Shown one piece after another: positions 38,831 through 50,650 of a stretch of DNA of 64,000 bases. The DNA comes from Ascidiella aspersa (lineage: Eukaryota): the NCBI GenBank assembly GCA_963924565.1, contig OZ004608.1, positions 3,472,001 through 3,536,000 on the forward strand. Direction: 5' to 3'. The notes below the pieces were generated by a model. It searched no databases. It was not told where the DNA came from and worked only from the letters and a program-made list of their open reading frames with translations. A program made the translations under genes and the position numbers. Within the stretch, counting starts at the first letter, position 1; every line of letters begins with the position of its first letter.

Positions 38831-39821
38831 CAGCACGTTTTTTTTTGCGTGATAACCAGTTTGTGCTGGCGTTTGTAAAGTTCTTTTCGTCGTTCTTTGA
38901 GATCATATTCTCCGATCTACGTTTTGAATCTTTTCATGAGCTCTACCGTTTCCCGACTCAGATGCGTGATGAAGTCATTGCTTCGTTCAAAGCCTAAAAT
39001 CTATTTTTAGATGATAAACGTGTTAAGACCATTATTTTAAAGACCCTTGAAATACCTAAGACGACAAATATTGGTTTAGTGCTCAATGGTGGAATATTTG
39101 GTTTAGTGCTCAATGGGCTCATAAAGTTTTTACGCAAAGATACGTCAATCACCCATTTGATCACATTTAAATTGACCAACTCAATTTTCCACCAATAAGT
39201 TCTATTAAACATGTAACGACCCACTTATATAATACTTCAACTGCGGCACAGATACTGTCTGAAGTTATTCACATCTCTTTACAAATACTTACGTTAAACA
39301 CCCTATACACTGTATTGATTTATTATTTCTGAATTTTATAGCGCAATTAGATGGACGCTTAATGTGTGGCATAAATATCTCTGCAGGAATTGTTCTTCTA
39401 CGACACACCTCAATAACGTTCGATGTTCACAGTTTAAGGACGTTTTTCCAATTTTATCCACTCCTAATGGCTTTGTGCAATTAGATTTACACTTTGAAAA
39501 ATGATATATCCCTGTCATATATATATATTCAGCAGGTTTGTGTATGACGAGGTGAAACGGGAGTTAGGTTTCTTTTGAAACGCACAGGCATTAGTTAGTG
39601 TCATTCTAAAAGTAGTCCAACTCATGAAAACTGATCCCCTGAGCATTGTATTTTGAATTAATCTCGTCGACCTATACGTTTGGTAAAAGCGTGGCCGTAA
39701 ATTAAAAAAGTTTGGCAAACGCATTAGTTTTTTTCCCCGGAAAAGAATTTTTGTAGCGAGTTCTTTTTCACCTTATTTACACATATAAAGTTTTGATTTT
39801 TATCAAGCATAGGTAACTGAG

Positions 39822-40190
39822 TGGATAGAATCTCAAGTTCGTTATTTGAGGATTTTTTTCTCCTAATAATCTGGTCGTACCTACAGTTTTGTAAAAACAA
39901 CCTTTTTGTCAAAAAATGTCGCACCAGTTCTTCATCATTTATTTTAACGTACAATTTTGACAGAATATTTGCAGCATTTTGCACACGCAAAGGTTTCTAT
40001 AGAGTAGACTGTAAAATATCCACAGTTCGTTATTTGACGATTTTCTTTTTCTAATAATCTGGTCGAACCTAGTTTTGTCACAAAAATCTCTCGCCAGTCC
40101 TTTTCACCTAAATTCAACGTGCAATTTTGACAGTTGTGGCATTTTGGCACACGCATAATTTACTAAACTGTAAAAAATTGAAAGTTCGTT
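39822..40190 (+). repeat. Local diverged duplication
   Basis: agttcgttatttga.gatttt...ctaataatctggtcg.accta and caattttgacag...gcatttt.gcacacgca occur twice. Confidence 0.8.
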
Positions 40191-40371
40191 ATTCGCTCAT
40201 AACCAGCAATTAATCGCCGGCGGATTAGACAGCCACTCGCATCACCCGTTTGTTTTTGTGTTTTGCCGATTGCAAGTGGTCCCGGCCAAATATGGGCCAA
40301 ATCTTTCGCAGCGTAGCCTGGTAAATGCTTTGCCGTAAATAAACTGGTAGTGGGCTGACGTTTGAAAGAAG

Positions 40372-40770
40372 CGTGACTAAAATTTGAACCCGTTTTGCGA
40401 ATTGTGAACTTTTCACTATGTTTACTTGTATAAGCAGACGTTGCTCTGAAAGTACCCGATCTATGCTGTATAAGGTAAAGATTAAGGCTTTATAGTTTGA
40501 TTTTGTGGACGCTTAAAGAAAGTATGACTGAAATTGAAACACACTTCGCGAATTGTGAACTGTTTACTATATATAATTTAAACGAAATGTTGCTCAGCAA
40601 CCCATTTCTGGTGTATAAGGAAAAGAATATGGATTTATTTCGTTTTTGTGAACGCTCAAAAAAAGTATGACTAACCTTCGAACTCATTTTGCCAGTTGTG
40701 AACTTTTGGCTGCACTTGTGTAACGAGATGTTGCTTTGAAAGGACCCGCTTTCTGCTGTATAAGGTAAGT
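40372..40770 (+). repeat. Three diverged tandem units of about 150 bp
   Basis: tgact.aa...gcgaattgtgaact.tt.actat...tgttgct....tgtataagg recurs three times. Confidence 0.75.
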
Positions 40771-41612
40771 CGTGAGCTATAGATGCGTTATTTTTGTCTA
40801 TAGTGTACGCCGTGTTGTGTAACACCTACACCTTTTTTGGTTTTGGTTACGACGGTAAAATGTCTATATGATAATTTCTGTTAGAAACGTTACTTCTTAT
40901 ACATTGGTAAATATTTATTATGATTTTAAATTTTTTTGTTAGGGCTATATATTCCAATTGTCGAATTTTATTTTTTCTTTATCGCTTTATTTGGAACCAA
41001 TTTTTTTCTATGATGTATTTTTATTTTTTGCAAAGAAATTGTTTAGGGTAAATCGCTTTAAAAACTAAGTTTTAATCCGAGATTAACTGCACAGTAGATT
41101 TTACGTCCTCCAAGAAATATATGTTACGGTGCACCTAAAGAGTGTTAACAAAAGTTACCAAAAAGATACGAAGGAAAATAAAAGAATCCAAAATAAATTG
41201 GCCAGGACAGTTATCAACATCACGTCTGCCATTAACTGTGAAAACACGCCGGCAATATTACACGATTACCGCGGTTACTTATCAAATGCCCCACCCCCTT
41301 CCATGCATAGTTGAGCAACTAATCCTTTGCTTGTGGTAACAAACAGCAGCCACATCTCTGGGTCGGCGCGACACCGGGATTTAAAAGTGTGCACGCCGCA
41401 AAAAAGCGACTTTTCACAAATATTCGTCGATTTTTCGGCGGCGTCGTCTCACGATTTGCGCGTTTTACTTGGAGGTACTTTACGCGCTTGCTTCTCCTTT
41501 GAGATTGACCTTTGCCGTCGTTTTTACTCTCCTAGGATTCCTGGCAAGTTGTTTGCCACTAATCCGACGCCGTTTTAACGCGGTTCGCTCGCTTTTGACG
41601 CATGCGCTATCG

Positions 41613-41812
41613 TCGAGGTCAATGTAGTTTTTTTTTCAAGGTCGTATGTGGTTGCGTTTCAAGGTCGAATGTATTATCGTTTTACGTTTAATGTTACATC
41701 GTTTCAAGGTCGATTATGGTATCTCTCAAGGTCGAATATAGCATTGTTTGAATGTCGAAAGTGATACGGTTTGTAGGACAAGTGTAAAAGTCGCTGTTTA
41801 AGGTCGAATACT
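41613..41812 (+). repeat. Degenerate 22-23 bp minisatellite with TCAAGGTCG core
   Basis: TCAAGGTCG at 41636, 41659, 41704 and 41726, with variants near 41613, 41749, 41772 and 41798. Confidence 0.75.
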
Positions 41813-43239
41813 TTTTTTTATCCTCGACGCGGATAAAAAATCGTGTGAAAACCACCTCTTAAAACATAACAAAAGGTTAAGAGCATTTTGTCTGGTTAAG
41901 CCGACTAATATTTACGAAAGCGTCCAAAATCCGTGATGGAATGTAAAAGCGATCGTACAATGTTGACGAACGCTTTAATCTACGCGTTAATGACTACTCT
42001 TGATTTAAACTAATTCGAAATCAATGTGTAAAATATTTAATAAGTTCTTTCTCGATACTACACCGGAAGCTTTCAATAAACTCACCAAATCAATCGATAA
42101 ATTAAGGAATTTTGTCCAAGCAAGACCAGGAAAAAATAACCTGACTTTCATCCCATGTTGGGAGAATTGCAGAGAAACTTCTGAATGCGATGATTATAAT
42201 CATTCTGTAATTATAGAACCCATTTCAATTTTTTAATAAGCTGAATTATTATCTACCAGCCCATACCTTACTTTTTAATTGACGTGCATAACTTATAACG
42301 GGTGGAATCAACGAATCAGATATTGGCGGGTTAGGCTTCAACAGGCATTTCAATTCTGGTGTGGTATATTAATAATTAGGTAAAGTTGATCAAACCCCGT
42401 ATATTAGGAGTTTAACACTATAATTATCGGTCAAATTTGTAACGCGTAGTTACAATGGTATGAGTTTAAAGTCATCAATTTTAATTTAGCTATCGTGATT
42501 TTATTTGGCAAACGATTAAGATTTAGATAAAGTACAACTTTTTAAAACGCTTAAATAATAGAATCAGGCAAAATATGTCACAATAATTATCAAATTTATC
42601 TTATTTGGTATACCAGAGTCACAATTTTTTTTTTAAATGCTTTTTGAGCATCTTCAATTTAGTAAATTTTGTTAAATTGCCCATAGTAGTGATATAATTC
42701 GGCTTCAGCGGTTCACACGACCATCAACCGTTTGAAAATATAATTAAATCTATATTTACTTCGAAGATCCAAACTCATTCCTTAAATGACCGATTCCAAA
42801 GTTGATCACAGGGTTTCATCTGGGAAAAAAATGTATCAAATACAGCCCGCATTTCGCCCACACAAAACGACTTTGTTAATTAGGGCAACAACACATCTCG
42901 GACCGCGCCAAAACAGCCACCGACTTCTTGGAAAAGAGACTAATTTGCTATTTTTGTCCGCCGGCGAAAGATACAGTTCGAAATCTCGCGACGTCTCGAA
43001 GGCTTATTAAGCGTCGCGCGGTCGGTAAATTGGGGTGTCTGCTGCTCAATTTCGCTCTGGTAAAATATTGTGTTTTCACAGCTTTGCTGCAACAATAAAG
43101 CCTACGATTTTATCAGGTTTTTTGTTTAAAGTTTGCACAAGGCAATTGACGATAGCTGGTGAGATTGCAGTGCTGCTTTTAAACCTGGGTAACAAATTAC
43201 CGATAAATGTTGGCACGATTTTGGACACATTATTGGCAC

Positions 43240-43598
43240 TAGGAATGTCCGATAATATCGGTTCGGAGCCGATTATGGAAAGTGTTATCGGATCTCGTCC
43301 GATACTAGGGTGGTATCGTTGCCCATCTGATCCAAAACTGATATTGAAATTTAAGCCATAATCAACACATACCTTGAAAGATGAATTTTTTAAAACGTAC
43401 AGTAGGATGGCAAGGTAACTCAACGTTCTAGCACTAAAGCAGTTTCGGCCTACCTGGAGAAAATGCCTCTAACGTTTTAATTCATTCTGTTTTGCTAGTT
43501 TGAGAATGGCATTGATGTCATCCGGAATCAGATCCAATTGCGATCGTTTTTGTTCAAAAGTTATTAAGTATCGGAATAATCAATTTGGAATACATCTA
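43240..43598 (+). mobile_element. Ac-like hAT MITE copy
   Basis: taggaatgtccgataatatcggttcggagccgat..., colinear with 46090-46491. Confidence 0.8.
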
Positions 43599-44875
43599 AT
43601 TGGAAAATGAATGTTTGTTTCATGAGTTGTGTCAAGCGAAGGTTTACCTAAATCAAAAAAGTATATAAATTACTCTCCAGATGGTAGAGTATAAATTTGT
43701 CTCACATCGATTTTTGTCACCATAACCATAAACTTTCAGAACACGAGTTCGACATTTTCACGGCTTTACAACTCTAGGGTTGAGCTGGCAAGAAAATCTC
43801 TGCGTAACGTTTGGTCCCTTTCGCCAAAACCGCACCTAGTTTAATTTTAGAAATAATCAATCACCAGACGACCACTCGGTCCAATACGATTTGCATACTG
43901 GCCTCTTACTAGGCATTTGCATGTTATTTATGGATTGGAAGCTGTATTGGCGCTGTTGATTGCAAAACAGCAATATTTCAGACGGATGTCCGTTTGTCGG
44001 TGAACAGATTTCTGCCAAGAGTTGAAATTGGCATCTGTACAAAGTTTAACCCCGGTTTTAAAATCTAAATGTTGATTTATTCTAAATATAGAGGAGATGT
44101 TTTGTTTAAAAAAATTGTGCACGAAATACTTAATGGTTTGCAATGATCACTTCACTTTTGACATAGGCCTCGTTTTTGTCTTTTTTATTAATATTTTTTA
44201 TTTTAATTTGAAAAAAATCGCGAATTTGGCCACACCCCAAGAAATTAATGGTTATACTACTTAGGACAATCAACCAATTTTTGATTTTTAACACGCTACC
44301 TTTAGAGCCCAATTTTCTATTTATAGCAACAAAACTTTTTTATCAGTTGGATAGAATCAATAATTTTTTTTTTTTTTTTTTGTACAATTGTCGCTCCACT
44401 AAGCCTTTTTATTCAAGCGATCATCGTTTTCAAAACGACCCCATAAAAACAGTTGCCTCTTTTTTGTGTAGTTTTAAACATTGTTTATTAAAGCCAATAT
44501 GTTCCATATTTGAGCATGTTCTCAAAAAATAGTAAAATATGTTTCCGCCCCCTAATTAGCAGGCCCAGTAGTTATTAACCCACCCCCAATATTTAAATGA
44601 TTATCAGGCCCTGTTTCAGGGGATTTAGTCTGCATCATGTTGTCTGCAGTCTGCATTGGCACAAGAAAAACATAACACGTCTCACCCATGTCCGTTCTTC
44701 GTCTTAGTTCTGGCTAAAGCGTGATTTTTCACAAGTTGTAATTGTTTTACACAAAACATGTTCTTTGAATGGTTAACTTTGTCGCTTGGTGGTAAGTTTT
44801 GCGTGTTTTTTTTAGTCTTAGTTGCTGTGAAAGTCACAAATTGTTTATCTGAATATGAAACGCCCTGCGGATTAT

Positions 44876-45070
44876 ATTCAAAACGTTTAAAATGCTTCCT
44901 ATGTCTAACTACAACCTCCAACCATTCTCTTGATTTGTTCGAAACGTTCAAAATGCTACCTACTGTAAAATTAATATCAAAGCCCATACAGAAGGCGTTA
45001 ACATTTTGGACGTTTGGAATAAATCTTTATTTATTTTTATAATTATGTTAAAAATGCTTGAAACGTTTAA
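44876..45070 (+). repeat. Modular foldback repeat family copy
   Basis: ttcgaaacgttcaaaatgctacctact, actacaacctcca and aatatcaaagcccatacagaag modules. Confidence 0.7.
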
Positions 45071-45239
45071 GATTGGAAAAATTGGCTTTGGAATCGGTTG
45101 AGACTCGCCCACGCTTGATAAATCGGTCAAGGTGCATACAAATCGGTTAATTCGCTCGATGCGCTTTTCACATGCAAAGTCGCAGATCCCCTTTTCGCTG
45201 GTATTAAAGCTTGACCTGTCGAACAAAAACCCTTCGGTT

Positions 45240-45340
45240 CAGCTAACATTCAGCGCTCGCGGCTTTTTCCCACGAAATGACGTATTATCCGGCATCCTAC
45301 TTCCGGCTGTGACGTACCCCAAGTCGTGACTGTGAGTCGG
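45240..45340. promoter_or_regulatory. Compact motif cluster: Su(H)/RBPJ, ETS, CRE-like
   Basis: TTCCCACG (45267-45274), TGACGTA x2 and ACTTCCGG (45299-45306) within about 50 bp of CpG-rich DNA. Confidence 0.45.
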
Positions 45341-46089
45341 CAGAATTTGACAGGTGTCAAGCGAATCATGGCCGAACGGGGCTAAATTTGTAACTTGAGA
45401 AGGCGAATCTACTGGTCGGTCGTGGACAGTGTCACTCCAAAAAATCCCGGCCCTCGTCAATTAACTTATGGGCGGTTTATTTAACTCTGTGGTATTTGAC
45501 GCTTCGGTAATGGTAGTAACGAATTTAAACCCCCGAGTGGTAAAAATAAACACGCTTACAGCTAAGAAAAGTGATGAACCTTTCGTTGTGCGTGTTTTGC
45601 AAGCACACTAAAATGTAAATATTTAATTTGATTTCGATTTAAATAACAAAGGTAATCGTTTCTTTGTCGTGGTAATGGCAAAAATACCACACGGAAAGTT
45701 TTTCAAAATTGGTTAGACGCACAATCCCCGAACGTGTTGAATTTGTCGCCCTGCCTGTTTGAAACACTAACCTCGCCAAAATGTATCGAGTCATTTTTAT
45801 ATTTACCAGATTTATATAAAATCACTGTTTGGTGGTACAACAAATGCAAACATAGAAACAATTTATTTAAATAAAAAATACACAAAAATAAAAATGATCA
45901 AAAACTCTAAAAATAGTAAACTATCTTAAACTTAAATGTTAAACACTTTTCAAAGAAGTGGATTAACGAAAACACAAAAATAATGAATTTCTCTTTGTAA
46001 AAAATGTCACGTGAAAAAACATTTAAAACATTTTTATTTGTTTTACGTATGACACTTTAATCATCACAAATTAGGCGTCAATTCTACAA

Positions 46090-46491
46090 TAGGGATGTCC
46101 GATAATATCGGATCGGAGCCGATACCCAATGTTAGTGGTAGTATCGATACTCGTCCGATACTAGGGGGGTATCGGTGCCGATATTATACAAATTGATCTG
46201 ATATAAATTGATAAATAAATTTCAGCCATGATTTGACCAAGCGATTTTATCTTGAGAAGTAAACTTTCCACAACATAGCAGGGTAACAACTCGAGGTACA
46301 ACATAACATTAACACGCTAGAATAATGTTCGGCTTAATAACCCCAAATAGCATTTAATTGTTTTATTTTATCTATTTTGCTTGTTTCAGCATAGTTATGA
46401 CGTCATTTGTATCGGATCAGAGCGCGATAGTTTTTGTTCAAAATATCGGGTATCGTTATCGGAACAATATGCCAACTATCGGGCATCCCTG
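46090..46491 (+). mobile_element. Full-length Ac-like hAT MITE (reference copy of a family with at least 8 copies here)
   Basis: TIRs tagggatgtccgata...tatcgggcatccctg. (T/C)AGGGATG termini are typical of Ac-group hATs. No TSD is retained. Confidence 0.85.
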
Positions 46492-46768
46492 TTTGACTTA
46501 ATATCCATTGATTGTCAAGCGGGCCGTGTTTCGGTCAAACAGCAATTTAACTGTGTATTCAAATGTTCGCTGGATTTGAATTTTGATTGACACGATCAAA
46601 TGTCGATTCCACGTCGGAAGGTCTCTGTATTGGTGGCACGATTTGTAGCTGATTTTATTTGAAGAAACTTTGCGTCGCGGCAAGATTGCCACATGACATA
46701 CATAGGCTTAATAACATGAAACGAAACGTCGTATTTTCACTAAGTCAAGTTGCCTTATTGAATTAACC

Positions 46769-47099
46769 CAGGGGATCCTAAACTTTTTTTACCGCGGACC
46801 CTTAAAATTTTTTTGGGGTCTCGCGACCACAATAGGCAATTTTTTTGAAAAATGACGTCATGAATTTACGTCACAATACAAATAGACTTCATAAGTCTGC
46901 TGATTTCGGTCCAAAAATGTGAAAGTATAACGGAGTTTAATGCATTCAGTGCAATACCGTTTTTTTAATTAAACTGTTGTGTTTGATAAATTGATTACTT
47001 CTTAAATATACACTAATATTTCATTTGGCCTTCATGGACCCCCTAAAACTAGGTGACGGAACCCTAAGGGGTCCATGGACCCCAGTTTAAGAACCCCTG
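46769..47099. mobile_element. hAT Buster-type MITE
   Basis: caggggatcctaaac...gtttaagaacccctg with TSD aattaacc/aattaacg (7 of 8). Confidence 0.88.
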
Positions 47100-47145
47100 A
47101 ATTAACGGAACTATTTACAATAACTAGTAAGGATATCAAAGCCCT

Positions 47146-47775
47146 TATAGAAGTAGGTATCATTTTGATCGTTTCGAATAACTCTTTATTCATTTCTAAA
47201 AGGTTGAAAATGAATAAAGAGTTATTTATAACGTTCATAAAGTGCTACCTACTTCCGTAAATATTTTGGAGCATAATGGCTGGAGGTTGAAGTAAGACGC
47301 GTAGTAAGAATATCAAAGCCCATACAGAAGTGGGTATCATTTTGATGTTGAAAATGAATAAAGATTATTCGAAACGTCCAAAATGCTACCTACTTCTGTA
47401 TGGGCTTTGATATTCTTACTACGCGTCTTACTTCAACCTCCAGCCATTATGCTCCAAAATATTTACGATAACATATGTTATTGGGCAGTTAACTTTTATA
47501 GTCTGACAAGATTTGCCGGTTTTAGGTAACATGTTTGCAAACCTGGTTCAACTAGAAGTTAAATGATCTCAGTTATATTTTTAAGCTGAAAATGTTTCCA
47601 TAAAATGTAGAAAAACGAATAAAGAGTTATTCGAAACGTTCAATATATAACCTACTTCTCTATATGGTCTGTTGATACCTTGGCAGTATATATTTATACA
47701 TAGAATCAGTGCCTTACACCATGTAGAAAATCAATAAAGATATATTTGAAACGTTGAAGATATTACCTACTTCTT
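47146..47775. repeat. Modular foldback repeat cluster containing a long perfect inverted repeat
   Basis: 47256-47331 is the exact reverse complement of 47392-47467. Further modules lie on both sides. Confidence 0.9.
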
Positions 47776-48759
47776 TAGGATTCGATATTCCTACTTGGTT
47801 TTGTTATGTGTGTATTAAAGGTTTTTAATGTCTTTCTCCCCGTTGGGATTAAATGTTCCTTTCCATAGCTCACGAAATAGTTAGCCTTTAGGGTAAGAAA
47901 CGACTTGTCACGTTGTTTGCTTGCAATTGCCACCAGCCACAATATAGCAGGGCTGCACGACTCGAGACAAAACAAGGTCCAGTGGTCAGATCTGCAAAGG
48001 TCACTTGGCGCTCGATCTTCTTGATTTAAAACCCTTTGCGCCCGTATTTAGTTCTGTTCGGCTGAAATTGGGTATAATTCATCACCAGCTGAATCTCAGC
48101 CCAGGCGCAGCCCAAACGATATAAATACTTTTCGACACGTCCTGGTTCTGCAAAGTTTATTTTCAGACTGGGGGGCTTTTCGTAGTGCTCTGTCCGGTTG
48201 TACTGGGCCCTGGCCAACTGGTGGTCAGTTTTTAGTGCTATAACAACCTTAGGACCCTTGCATAACATTGCCATGCTAATTTCCTTTAAGTTTTTACTTT
48301 TTTTCCTTGATCAGTGTAATAACAACTTTAAAATAGTTGGATAAAATTGCCCAGCTTATTTCCTTGATTTTTCCTTGGTTAGATTATAATAACAACATTA
48401 GAACAGTTGCCTTACATTGTCATGCTTATTTCCCTAAAAATTACCACACAATATTTTAGCTGTTGTCGCGAACAATAGCAAACATTATTGATCAGACCAT
48501 GTGCTACCAAAAGTTTAAAATCGCTAATCTGCACATTAAAAAAGTTTGTTGACCGACACAGCACACTCCCTGTACCGACATTTACCAAACTTCTTCGCCA
48601 CCTTATCGTAAAATCAACGCCAACAACATTTTAACTTCGTCTCCGTCACTTTTCAACTTAATCCACACGATCGTTCAAATCGCCTCACTCCAGAATCCGA
48701 AATCTTATCTTCAATCTTTTGCAGAGAGCAAATCTCGTTCCACATTCAACACCGATTCG

Positions 48760-48945
48760 TTCTGTGACGTCAGCGCATACTTGAGATTGTGACGTCACTT
48801 TGGTGCAGTCGCGCACGAAAGTGCGGAGTCACGTGGGATGGTTGCTTCGGCGAAATGCTGTTCTGGTGAATTTTTTATTTTATTTTTGTTTACCGGATGT
48901 GCTATAGCCTATGCTTCCGGTAATCGTGCAGTGCGCATGCGCAGA
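48760..48945. promoter_or_regulatory. Strong promoter candidate (2x CRE, E-box, 2x ETS, NRF1)
   Basis: TGACGTCA at 48765 and 48790, GTCACGTGG (CACGTG at 48830), CCGGATGT 48893, CTTCCGG 48914 and a perfect TGCGCATGCGCA at 48932-48943. Confidence 0.62.
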
Positions 48946-49477
48946 ACCTTCCCCCTACATGTTACTCTCCCAGAAAATTTGTACCCTGAAGTTCTGGTAT
49001 ATATGTTGCTTTTTCTGTTTGAATGAAATACAAAGGTTTTGCTTTACATAAAAACGCAACTCTTGTAAAGATATAACAACCAGTTTTTTTAAGGGTTTTA
49101 TCGCTATCAAATCTTGAGGTTATTTCTATGAATTTCCGATAAAAATCGAAACGTTTTTAGAATACCATTCAGGCCCGTTTAAAGATTATTATCCCCACCT
49201 ATTTTGTGGCTAAAAATATACACTTTAAACTTCCGAAGTTTTATCTTATGGTTTTTGTAAAAAAAATCTGACCTATTGTCAAAATATTACCATCAGGGTT
49301 TTTAGAAGCGTTTTGTCGCTTTCTTCCGTGACTTGCCATTGCCTGCATGGGAATTGAGGACACCACACACTACTCGTGTTTCCGGCCAGACAAACTCCAT
49401 GTTTCTGTTGTTTGGCGAGGCACGATTTATCGTTGTGCAACCGGCAATCTTTATCTGCTAGAAGATTTGGCGTGGGT

Positions 49478-49700
49478 CTGGGGTCTCAAACTGGGGTCCC
49501 TTTAGGGGGTACGTGGACTAGTTTTAGGGGGTACATGAAGGTCTAATTTAATGTGTGTATACAATTTAAAACATAGATTTGCAATTTTAACAAATCATGG
49601 TTTAATTGATAAAACGCTTTTGCGCTTTCGCTTTAAACTCAATCTTAAATTGTGTGTTTTCACTTTTGTAAACTTTTTATTAATTTCCATATTAGTTGGT
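49478..49700 (-). mobile_element. Partial inverted copy of the 46769-47099 MITE
   Basis: ggggtctcaaactggggtcc...ctagttttagggggtacatgaagg is the reverse complement of that element's right end. Confidence 0.7.
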
Positions 49701-50390
49701 TATAGTGGTGTTCATTAGTAGTTATCTAGTTAACCTTACGTTTACGTTAAAGTTAATATTAATACGACTTCTACATTGAAAATAATTTAATTTCCCTTCT
49801 TTATTTGAAAGTTTTCTGTTTGCTTTCATCTCTTGATACAACGTCTAACAATTATAACCTCAACAATGCACATTGTTGTATTGGAATTTTTACACAATGT
49901 AGCTTGTTTTAGCATGGGCTTTATTTCTTCCACATATTACTGCAACTGAATTAACCGCTCAGTGAGAGTTTATTCAAAATCTAGATTCAACGCCATTCGT
50001 GTTTTCCGAGCATATTTTGGCGCACATTCAAACCTCGTTCGTCGATCGATGATTTGCATGCTAAAAAGCCGCAAAAGCTCGTTAATTTTGTAGTTTGGCC
50101 GTAATCGCGTGTTACTGTCAAGAAGTCACATGAATAGAAATGTTGAAGCGTGATACGGCGAACATCTTGGCCTTTCAATAGTCACGACGCGTTGATATAC
50201 CGTTACTATTTCCGAAAAAGATGTACAGAAGTTTGGTTTGCCTCACATAGGGCCTGCTTTTTTTAATTTATACCACCGGTAAGTGCACAACTTGTCATAC
50301 AGCCTATGCAATTTGTGGTTTATTTTCTATACTTCGCAATTACGACATTTGCAAAGTAAAGCTTACTCCTTAAATGCAAAACGACTATAC

Positions 50391-50650
50391 CAGTGCTTCT
50401 CAACCTATGGGTCGAAAACGTTTAACGCCACGCTGTTATAAAATAAACTGTCGCGAAAAAAACATGATGCGGAAAAATGGAATGAATTTAAAATTTGCAA
50501 AAATAAAGTTTCAAAACGTTAAATTCATTACAATCGATGGAAACATAACACTTTATATGCGAGAAAGGAGAACCGTTAAAACGCAACAACTTTAACACAC
50601 TTAACGGCGCCCCTGGCCAAGCTTCCTGGTGCCCAGGTTGTGAACCGCTG
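50391..50650. mobile_element. hAT Buster-type MITE between direct repeats of about 80 bp
   Basis: cagtgcttctcaacc...ggttgtgaaccgctg. Left flank gacTAtac. Confidence 0.75.

Noticed and set aside
41938-43825. miR-1-like (tggaatgtaaa) and miR-133-like (tttggtccc) words about 1.9 kb apart
   Set aside because: Only the 5' 9-11 nt match, the 3' halves differ, and I see no precursor hairpin.
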